From NCBI GenBank assembly GCA_000002435.2, contig CM018791.1: DNA of 64,000 nucleotides. One strand, 5' to 3'. Source of the stretch: Giardia intestinalis. Lineage: Eukaryota. Below are positions 49,201-57,500 of the stretch, one piece after another. The position numbers and the translations under genes were made by a program. The notes below the pieces were generated by a model. That model saw only the letters and a list, made by a program, of their open reading frames with translations, was not told where the DNA came from and did no database searches. Position 1 is the stretch's first letter, and every line of letters starts with the position of its first letter.

Positions 49201-50100
49201 CAGAGGAGCTTTAGAATCGGTGCCACAGGTACCGTTGTCAATACTGGTTTGCGCCATATGGTGTATAAAAAATTGAAGCTTGTTGGAGCTGTTAACAAAG
49301 TCTTCAGGAACACAGCCTTCATAGAGAAGTTATTCACCTCAAAACTGGAGGCCATGGCGTTTATCGGAGCCGGAATCCGGACTGTGAGTGGAATACGGGG
49401 TATTATCAAAAAGGCAGAGAAGCAGCCCGAGGGCCTTGTGCGGGCATCCTTCGAAGACAAGGTTGCCCAGTCAGACATCATATTCCTTCGCACCTACGTT
49501 CCAATTACCATCATCAAGTTTTGCTATGAAATGCTCAACCACTACTATGTGTACGACGAGTATACCAGAGAGTACATCATCCCTGGAAAGAAGAAGAGTC
49601 ATTATGAGCAGCCTCTCCGAATAAAGACTTTTGCAGAGTTGAGACACGAACGTAACCTTCCGATCCCAATAAATCCTGATTCCATCTATCTGCAGAAGAC
49701 GGCTCGAGTAGTAGATCAGTTTATAGAGGACGAACACAGGGAGGAGCTCCTCAACATGGTGCCCACGCGACTGTTGAAGTCGCTTCCGTTTGAAAACCAG
49801 CATGAGATTGTCATAGCGAAGAACAAGCCCAATCTGATTAAAGATGAGTTCTTGAAGAGCCTCGCCGATGGTAGTGGTGTTGAACACGAACGTGAGAAGG
49901 TGTTAAACGATCTTCTTGTGGTTAAAAAGGAGCAGGACAGAAAGCAGGTTGAAATAAAGAAGAAAGAAGAAGAGGAGAAGAGGATAGAGGAGGAGATAAA
50001 GGCGATGCATATTCGTGAAAAGACGAAAGACTTACGGAAGCGGAAACGCATAGTGCGCCAAAAGCATGAGGAAAAGAGAATTAGCGCCAAGAAACTTTGA
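46219..50100 (+). CDS. BMS1: Ribosome biogenesis protein BMS1 (GTPase of the Bms1/Tsr1 family)
   Basis: The N-terminal GTPase has the P-loop VAIIGPKGVGKTTL, switch/G3 (FYDVP), G4 (NAK?D-like, VVNAKIGL) and the DEF/AARP2CN-like region. An acidic insert follows, then the conserved C-terminal domain and a K/E-rich tail. Length of about 1290 aa is typical for BMS1. Confidence 0.8.
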   Translation: MSERKVTDEQENTKHKATKSTRGRKNKLKKRENVREAIKDGTRPHHVNMKAYSFKSVVAARRVIQRQANALQKAAKLPYVARYGDYPPPDLVAIIGPKGVGKTTLTKALVKVVGGYSISDPTGPITVVASKTKRITFYDVPASIPAILDISKLVNLVILVVNAKIGLEVEHYEYLNILQATGFPRVFTVFTHLDEFHKIKALRGEKSRLRERIWKEVHPGSRVFYMNGLAYGRTYHKTDIALLARILSRQEYKLGLNWRDNHAGVLIDRIEDITDPGLLSKVNQEKNKLVKHTLLVYGYVRGTYMDPAQHFCIPGAGNVIVKSMKQLPDPCQCFEQQKKDGEGRRSLSSKTKTIYAPFSNMGDVFHDKDGLWLRVHETGVRWKDEKEDDLPTGLKMLRNLENIDPKERDKAALGIRLVDDSDQELDSQQHTEDIVQASEADTKEESASQAQDEEYETEEEQSSDGEENAFLKEAQLVQQSSHVKQTEHAAEHLSFEESSDNIADIDYDIMMAGKKEKIANSDSSEITGSDGVSNENQSEGSSSDESTGGNTGVTTENPYASIHLATPVGAKIALEDLVYNMDGILAEMKTKGLSPAMTHTTRSAAIMSKLVPLFDDDGPDIYGSSAATIDKFSLLPIYDPGKAVQYDGAVTKSGGSALYTGINLAGKNFYKLESHRDISNIIPKDAAYSQAFTETLQGSIKKQLSGLRLADLDWKRTKNSVCTGDWDMAKILDAVLHGEVYKGKEHQKDGAGGVHIAEDGVLEIGYQTGSEKPADADATETNASNAKSQVGLEYTIPQSKRGKHANPSAADKKLANDTNELLEGLELNNDGMEKNQREADEVKERNAAFTKNFTDESRFPPGTYLRIELEGIDHEFAQNYSSINPLVLGVVLPGEQNYGYITAKVKRHRWHDKILKTKNPVFVSCGWKRYQTIPYYSMEQQGSMADINTDEVMEAGRHRMLKYTPENMYCYCTFWGPIVPANTGFLFFDTIDDTQRSFRIGATGTVVNTGLRHMVYKKLKLVGAVNKVFRNTAFIEKLFTSKLEAMAFIGAGIRTVSGIRGIIKKAEKQPEGLVRASFEDKVAQSDIIFLRTYVPITIIKFCYEMLNHYYVYDEYTREYIIPGKKKSHYEQPLRIKTFAELRHERNLPIPINPDSIYLQKTARVVDQFIEDEHREELLNMVPTRLLKSLPFENQHEIVIAKNKPNLIKDEFLKSLADGSGVEHEREKVLNDLLVVKKEQDRKQVEIKKKEEEEKRIEEEIKAMHIREKTKDLRKRKRIVRQKHEEKRISAKKL

Positions 50101-50104
50101 GCAC

Positions 50105-52420
50105 CTAGCCGAAGATATGCTTCGCTGCCCCCTCTATATTGACGCGCCCGCGGTAGCCTTCCACCAGGAGCTTTGCCTCGGTCGTGGTCGCATAATACCC
50201 CACACCCTTTCCATCTTTGTTGTGTAAATGCACCTCATGAACTAAGAGTTCCTTGGCAACAGAAAGGTTATTTGCTTGGAGGGCAAGCATGCACGCACAC
50301 TCTCCAGACTTCCTTTGCATCTTCGCCTCTTGCGGAATTAGGTGAAGCACGGAGTACAGATCTCCTACCTCTGCAGCTATCATCAGAGCTGTCCCACGTG
50401 TGGTGAGTATCCCCCCTTCGGCCTCCAGGAGGAGATCCACAACCTCCCTGTGTCCTTTTTCAACGGCACGCATTAGTGCGGTGTAATCGTCATTGTCTAT
50501 CGCTCCTGTCTCTGAAAGAAGTAGCAGCTTAACGCATTCAGCGTTTCCGGCAATCGCAGCGTGCATTAGGGCGGTCTTCCCCTCTCTGTCTCGCTTGCAG
50601 CGCTCACCCGACAGCAGAGTTGGCAGTAGTGCAATAGCATTATTGACGGCAGCATACATGAGACTAGTAAATCCCATGGTATCTTGAGCACCTAGCTCTT
50701 GGGTCCCTTGTACCATAAGCTCTGTTGCCTCCACCGACCCCTTCATGGCGCCATACATAAGTGCTGTCCGGCCACGAGTATCTGTCTTACCACTCTGTAA
50801 AGGAATCAAGGCAGTCAGCGCGGGCACATTGTTAACACTTGCCGAAATCATGAGCGGTGTGACACCGTCTGCGGTAAACGTATTATTTTCAGAAGCCACC
50901 AGTTGCTGAAGCACGTAGCAACTATTTGACTTAATTGCATACATCAACGCTGTCCATCCATACTTGTCTTTTTGATTGGCCTCATAGTTTAGTAGAAACT
51001 CCACTGCTTCTATGTCATTGTCTGTGGCAGCAACCATCAGTGCCGTGAGGCCTAGTTCAGTGCGGCACGGAGACTCTGCAGCAACAAGAAGCTTCGCAGC
51101 TTGAAAGTCATGCTCTTTTATAAGCAAGTTGTAAGCAGTGAGTCCGTGGAGACAGTAAATCCCTTTTTCTAGAGGAAGGAGAAGAGATACAATGCTCTTG
51201 TGGCCTCCACGGGCAGCGTAATACAGGGCAGTACACCCGTGATGGTCCCGACGCCTACATTCCAACTTCAGTAACCGTTTGGCCATGGCATAGTTGCCAA
51301 GAAATGCAGCATACATTAGTGCCGTTCTACCCACGTCGTCGACAAGTGTGCTCTCAAGGCTGACAAGCTCTTTAAACCGTGCGGTGTCACCTGCCACGAC
51401 TGCATCTATAAGATTGCTACGCACCCTGCCCTCTTGCATGAACATAGCTGGTGTCCTAGAAGTAGTTTGAGTGTCCCTTCCGCGCTGTGCACTTTGCTGC
51501 TTGCTTGAAACAAGTAACGATGCGGATTGAGACTGGACGGAAGGGGCTGTAATGTGCTGTCGGGGAAACGGCAGAGACAGTGTCTGCTCAATAGAGTTTT
51601 CATCCAAGTCTAAGAAAGGCTTGTATCGGAGAAGCTCGCGAGCAGTGACTCGAGAATCCTCGTCCTTGGATAACATGTGTGTGAGAGTTGTCTGCAGGGG
51701 AGCTGGTCCTGTGATAGTAAACACAGGAAAATCTGCACGAAATACGATCGACGAAACGTTGTCATTCGTGAGCAAAACCTCACCTTGTAGGAGAAAGTAA
51801 AGTACGAGTCCAAGAGACCAGATATCCGCAAGACTGGAAAAGGGGGTGCTCCTGAGAATCTGTGGAGAACGGTACAGAGTAAGATCAGGTGCATAGTTGA
51901 CTATCTTATTCAATCCCAAAGACCAAAAGAGAGGCAGTATTGACAACATAGGCACCCCAGTGGGTGTCACATAGATATGCTCCAGAGAAACACCCAGATG
52001 AACAATGGATCCTCCCGTTGTAAAGGGATTGTGTAGGTATTCTAGTGCATCTAAAATAGCAACCCCTATTCGCGTAATTTCCCACGGGTCAAAGTTATAT
52101 AGAAAGATGTTTCCGCGCACAAGATCGAGGAGAGACCGTCCAGGATAGTCTTCCACAATAATACAGAGCACTTTCTCGTCAACATTGAGGACGTATTCTC
52201 GCAGCGTGCATATATTTGGATGGCGCATCTCACTTACTATGGATACTAAGCTCATTAGCCTAGTATAATTAGCAGGGACCATATCCGTATATCTTATAAT
52301 AACACAGCAGTGTTCTGAGCCGTCCATGTGAGACTGTGCTCTTGCAACGCAACCCACAGGTATCTCCTTTATCGGCTCGGTGATGGTGTAGTTTGGAATG
52401 CTGGGTAAAGTGTTTGTCAT
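50105..52420 (-). CDS. NEK-like (predicted inactive) kinase domain fused to C-terminal ankyrin repeats
   Basis: The N-terminal kinase-like region has RHPNICTLREY, ILDALEYLH and DIWSLGLVLYFLL, but HRD is replaced by VHLGVSLEH and no DFG is present. Ankyrin repeats follow (GRTALMYAAFLGNYAMAKRLL, GCTALYYAARGGHKSIVSLL, GLTALMVAATDNDIEAVEFLL, GWTALMYAIKSNSCYVLQQL, GRTALMYGAMKGSVEATELM, GKTALMHAAIAGNAECVKLLL ...). ATG at 52420 has initiator TAGGCATTAATATATG. Confidence 0.7.
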   Translation of the reverse strand: MTNTLPSIPNYTITEPIKEIPVGCVARAQSHMDGSEHCCVIIRYTDMVPANYTRLMSLVSIVSEMRHPNICTLREYVLNVDEKVLCIIVEDYPGRSLLDLVRGNIFLYNFDPWEITRIGVAILDALEYLHNPFTTGGSIVHLGVSLEHIYVTPTGVPMLSILPLFWSLGLNKIVNYAPDLTLYRSPQILRSTPFSSLADIWSLGLVLYFLLQGEVLLTNDNVSSIVFRADFPVFTITGPAPLQTTLTHMLSKDEDSRVTARELLRYKPFLDLDENSIEQTLSLPFPRQHITAPSVQSQSASLLVSSKQQSAQRGRDTQTTSRTPAMFMQEGRVRSNLIDAVVAGDTARFKELVSLESTLVDDVGRTALMYAAFLGNYAMAKRLLKLECRRRDHHGCTALYYAARGGHKSIVSLLLPLEKGIYCLHGLTAYNLLIKEHDFQAAKLLVAAESPCRTELGLTALMVAATDNDIEAVEFLLNYEANQKDKYGWTALMYAIKSNSCYVLQQLVASENNTFTADGVTPLMISASVNNVPALTALIPLQSGKTDTRGRTALMYGAMKGSVEATELMVQGTQELGAQDTMGFTSLMYAAVNNAIALLPTLLSGERCKRDREGKTALMHAAIAGNAECVKLLLLSETGAIDNDDYTALMRAVEKGHREVVDLLLEAEGGILTTRGTALMIAAEVGDLYSVLHLIPQEAKMQRKSGECACMLALQANNLSVAKELLVHEVHLHNKDGKGVGYYATTTEAKLLVEGYRGRVNIEGAAKHIFG

Positions 52421-53007
52421 ATATTAATGCCTAGATGACTTGGCTTTGGGTTTTATGGATTTTGGTATTCGGGCAGAGACAACCAGTCTGCAGGCTGTCT
52501 GCTTCTATGTTTAATGCTCCAGTTAATACTCATGTACCCTGTTATGACAGTTGATTTAGCAGCGTAGCAACTGTACGTGGTACGCATTAAAAGGGTAACC
52601 TGAGATATGAAAGACCCCAAGCCTCGTACTGAGCCTCATGTTAATCCGCTTATGGTTTGCTATTGAGTACTATAATGTACATGTTCATTTCTTTAGTGTC
52701 AATGGATGCAGATGGCTTGTTATCTGACTTCACCATATCTACTTTCGGGGTTACAGCCTCATTACTGCTTTTGCTAGAGCTCTCTCTCGTGGCAGTAGCT
52801 GCATGTCTACATGGCTTGCGAGGGACCCGAAGAAATGCAAAGGTTGATGGCATACAGTCTGGCTTGCTTATTCTGCATACGATAGAATGGAATAGAATAG
52901 AGCAGCATGACGTAACATAGGATAACCCTCATCTCCTTGAGAAGCGGACAAACACGGACACTTCGACTACCAAGTCACCAAATTAGATGTCAACGATTTA
53001 AAAAACT

Positions 53008-54543
53008 ATGGACGAGTTAACGTCTGCTTTCATGGGAGGCCTGCCTGAGCTGTCTCAAGACATAGCTTTTACATATAAAAGCGAAATAAGAACAGTTCTT
53101 GCACTAAAAGATGGGAGCATCTTTCCCGGGGCTCAGCCCGTTTCTTTGGAGCCACGTCGCGGCCTTCCGGACATCGTGATTAACAGCTATCTTCTTTGTG
53201 AAAAGACTGATGGCACAAGGTTCCTTCTATATATTCCTGTCGACTTCAACGAGCCAGACATGACACTCGATCTAACCACTTACACGACGGAGTCTGATGG
53301 TTTGGTACTTCCACGGAGCTACTTCTTGATAGACCGTGAGTACAATTTTCACAAGGCTGAAGGGATGATAAAGATACGGCCTCTTCTGAAGACCCTCAAC
53401 CTTCCCGAGAGCTTTGCTTCTGATGCTTACACCATCCCAGAACAAAAGAAAAAGCTTCTTACTTTCTTCAATTCGTTTACAGCCATGTTCGACGGAGAGC
53501 TAGTTGGCGACTTCTCTAACGGCACAGTCCAAGATCATGCCCCAACCGATAAGCCCAATCAGCTCTGCTACTATCTTTTCGACGCACTATTCATCAATGG
53601 CACATCTATACTCAGTAATAATTTACGAGAAAGACTAGCGGTTGCAAATGCCCTGCCAGAGTACTTTGTTCATCGCAAAACAAACCAACTCCTATTCAAA
53701 ACAAAAACTTTCTACGAGAAGGAAAACGTTGTGGATCTGTTTAAGCTTCTCAATTTATCAGGCCGCCACTCCAGACCACTCTTGCCCCACCACTCAGACG
53801 GCATCATCTTCACAGCCGTGAATGAAGCCTATCAACCTGGGACGTGTCAATTTATTCAGAAATGGAAACCCTTGTACCAGAATACAGTTGATCTCCTTCT
53901 GCAGCCAGTCAAAAAGAAGATGTATGTGCTGAGTCCAGAGGATTATGGAGTCCTGGAGAAAGGAGCTACGTCGAAGCGCAACGGTGAGACATTGGACAGC
54001 TCTATCATGGGAGCCATCCAGCAGGTGATTGGGAAGCTCTTGAAAGGGAAGCCATCGGACGTGTTTATAGGCAGGCTGTTTACTGCTGTATCTGGTCTGC
54101 TAGACTCTACGCCAATCGACGTTATATCGCTAGAAGAGAAGAAGTATGAGAATCTGGATAAGCGAAACACTGAGGTTCAAAGAGAAAACAAACCAGGGCT
54201 CATAATAGAGTTCTTTTGGGAGCAAGACAAAGAAATACTCACATACACAGACGTTACAGACTATCTCAAAGAAAGCTATCCAGAGCTGCAGCAACTGTTT
54301 GGATCCATTGAGGTGAAGCGGACCCGTAAGGGTACGTGGGTCGGCCAAAAGTATCGTCTTGATAAGCTGCTCCCCAACGACAAGTATGTCTATGAGAGTG
54401 TCTGTCGCGCCTATAACGATCACGTTAGTGAGGCGGATCTGATTGCAATCTTGCTGGGAACGAAGCCGCTACCACAAGGCGGCATCATAGGAAAAGTCAG
54501 CCCTTATCTTCTTACCCGTGTCCACTGTCCTGGCTATGATTAA
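53008..54543 (+). CDS. mRNA capping enzyme, guanylyltransferase (covalent nucleotidyltransferase superfamily)
   Basis: Motif I is KTDGTRF (the KxDG lysine nucleophile, in CEKTDGTRFLLYI). Motif III is FDGELV. Motif IV is DGIIF. Motif V is KWKP (IQKWKPLYQNTVD). An OB-fold-like C-terminal domain follows. Initiator ACGATTTAAAAAACTATG. Confidence 0.8.
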   Translation: MDELTSAFMGGLPELSQDIAFTYKSEIRTVLALKDGSIFPGAQPVSLEPRRGLPDIVINSYLLCEKTDGTRFLLYIPVDFNEPDMTLDLTTYTTESDGLVLPRSYFLIDREYNFHKAEGMIKIRPLLKTLNLPESFASDAYTIPEQKKKLLTFFNSFTAMFDGELVGDFSNGTVQDHAPTDKPNQLCYYLFDALFINGTSILSNNLRERLAVANALPEYFVHRKTNQLLFKTKTFYEKENVVDLFKLLNLSGRHSRPLLPHHSDGIIFTAVNEAYQPGTCQFIQKWKPLYQNTVDLLLQPVKKKMYVLSPEDYGVLEKGATSKRNGETLDSSIMGAIQQVIGKLLKGKPSDVFIGRLFTAVSGLLDSTPIDVISLEEKKYENLDKRNTEVQRENKPGLIIEFFWEQDKEILTYTDVTDYLKESYPELQQLFGSIEVKRTRKGTWVGQKYRLDKLLPNDKYVYESVCRAYNDHVSEADLIAILLGTKPLPQGGIIGKVSPYLLTRVHCPGYD

Positions 54544-54585
54544 TTGGAGCACCTCTGTATCTGTGCTGCATGCACATTGATGCGT

Positions 54586-57500
54586 CTACTTCAAGCGCGT
54601 AAGCCCGTTGTTCATCACGTCCTCTGCATCCTTGATGCGATTACATACTTCATAACTATATGACGTCTCTGCCATTAGCAGAACCCGCTCGGCTATTTCT
54701 GCTATTGAACGGCCGGGGAGAACCCCTCCAATTCCCTTCAGTGAGGCCAAGTAGGCATCTGCCACATCTACAAGCGTTCCGCAGCTGACATATGCTAAAG
54801 CCTTGAGACGATTGATAAACCAGGATGTGTGCAGAGAAGCCCCGGCAAGGAAATACGTTGGAAATGTCTTAGAGGTGTCGATGCAGAACGGAATCAGAGG
54901 GACGTCAGAGCGCACCTTATCTAAAAGCTTTAATGCTGTCTGACTTAAGATTGTCGTGTCCTCTGCCATTGTGTCCAGGAGGCTTTGGGCAATGGCAATG
55001 AATGCGTAATTAAATGGCACAATGCTCATTGCTGCAGCAATGTCAAGCATTCGTCCGGTGCACTCCACTATTTTATCGCGTATCTGCTCCAAAGAGAATT
55101 TATGTACCCTTCCATCCACATGGCTTGCAAGCATACTGGAAAGAGAGAGAGCAAGACCACACCACGAGGGAAAGTTGAAGGCATCTAATTCCACAGCCCT
55201 CGTCAATGCTTTCAGATGGTCTTGCTTCCCCGCATAGAGCATTATTATCCCCATCGTTCCCAGAAGCTCCGATGAAAAATAGTTAGTAGAGATGGTGGAT
55301 GCTGAAAAGCTGATTAGTCTAGAACCTATAGACTCAACCAATTGCGATACACCACGTGCGGTCTGGGGTAATGCAATCCCAAGGTAGTCTGTTGTGAAAG
55401 ACCCTGAGATTGAGGAGGTGAGGTTGGAGCTAGTAGATGAGGGGCTTACTGGTTTAAGTGTTTGGAACTCCAGTGGGTTGTGGTACTGATCCGCGTCTTC
55501 CTCGTCAAGGTTCCGCTTAATACTTTCAAAGACCTTGGCAGCTACTGCAAACTCGTCTTCGGATGGCTTTTCAAATGGAACGATGAATGGAATGCAATCC
55601 TGAACCGGTACATGCCTTGCACAGAGGCTTAAGATAATGCGACACATGTATATGTCGTCGTAGAGGCTAAACCCAGTTAGCACGGGACAATCGAGAAGCC
55701 CGCCATAATACACCACGGGAGTCTCTATAGATCTGTACATGGCATGCGCCTGCAGGAGCATGTCCAGGCTCACGCGAGAATTAAAAATGATAGACGTAAA
55801 AGTGAGGGCTCTAATGTCATTAAGGAGCGTAGTGCTAACCGTACTGCTCTCTGGGATAACGCTGAGGATAGCTTCATTGGAGGTAGATTGTTGATTAGTG
55901 GTTCCTGTTTTAGAGTGAGAGTGGGACTTGGTGGACGCGGTGATGGATGTAGACCACGAAGGTAATGGAACAACACTATTGAAGTCTCCCTGAATTGCGT
56001 GTGCGACTGCAAACCTTGGCAAGTTTTTGTTTATGATAGAAAAGATAACCGGGACTGTGTGTGTAGATGCTCCAATTAAAGCAAGATTCCCTAATAAGCC
56101 TGGAGCATTGATATCCAGGGATTGATCCAGGAGGTCTAGATAGGATGTGGCTATATCATCAGCACTTCCAAGCATATCCTGAAAGAGGACGTACGGGTTG
56201 AAGTCCCCACTCCCCTTCGTCACCAAAAATGTATCCCGAAGAAGCAGTGACTTTGCGTCTCCCAGTCTACCTTCTAAGATTGCGCATCGCGCCAAAATGA
56301 TTACTCTCTTGGTAGTCATAGAAGAATACTGCTCAGGAAGCAAGCTGGTGGAGATATCAAGCTGTGCTAAACATTTTTGTGCAGCTGGCACAGACCCCTC
56401 CAACAGCAAATACTCTGCCAGAGCAAGACGAAGGGCGATCATAATGTACTCGTCAGGTACGTAGTTTCGTGAACATTTATCGTGAGCGCCAAGGGGGAGA
56501 TTCAAAAGAGTTACACCGGTATAGAAAGATGCATTGCCTGTGGAGTCCTCAACTTCAAGGCACGCTCTCCTAACGGTGCCGATCAAAAGTGACTTGAGTT
56601 CGTTATACTCTGCCGAAAAGTTCAAGACTCTGAACAAATCCATGCATGTAACTTTTAGCAGGATGCGCTCTAATATCTGCCGCCTGTCGTTAGGTGTAGC
56701 TGGCCTAAACTCAAAATCAAAAAGGTCGTTTGCACAGTACAGTAACGACAGTGCAAGGTATTCATCTTCGCCTGATGAAATGAGTTCGTGACAAGTAAGA
56801 AGTACAAGTCGCGAAAGCATAATTGTGTCTGTTCTTCCTGCAGCATCATGCAGAAGGGGTATACTGAACACACGCAGGAGACTACGGGAGACGCCTGCTT
56901 TGTTTCTTGTGCAAATGAATGCTCGTAGGAGCCCTTCTACTGCACGCTCAATGAGCATGGTATGCTCGCCTCGACGTCGGCGCTGCCTCTCGCGGACAAG
57001 TGCAGCAGAGTAGAGCTCTATGGCTCTGGCGGCCTCGTGCCGCGCCTTGCTGTAGAGAAGAGCATCTCCGTATTCCAGGAGCTCCTCTGGCTTGCGCTGC
57101 TTCTGCTTGGCTTCTGTGTATGCCTCCTTAGCCGCGCACATGAGCTTGTGGTGTAGCTGCGCGATGGGCATGGCCTTCCCAGTCGTCTTCACGTATGAGT
57201 CTTTGAACTCTCGCACATGCTTGGTAAGGAGAAGGTCGATTGCAGCAAACGGCTTTTGTCTGTCCACCCCCGACTTGTCGACGCTTTTGCTTCTGCTATT
57301 CGCATTTAAAGTTTGATTGCACGTGTTGATCACCTCTGCAGAGCTCCCATGGGTAGATTTATCCAGGAAGACCTTGCGCATGCACTCTTTAAAGCGACAA
57401 ATAAGCGCATAATCATCTATATCCGCGTCCTGAGCTGGAGGAAGGGCACTGTCAATGAACAACCTCTTCATAAAGTCAGAGGTGGTAATCATATATTTAT

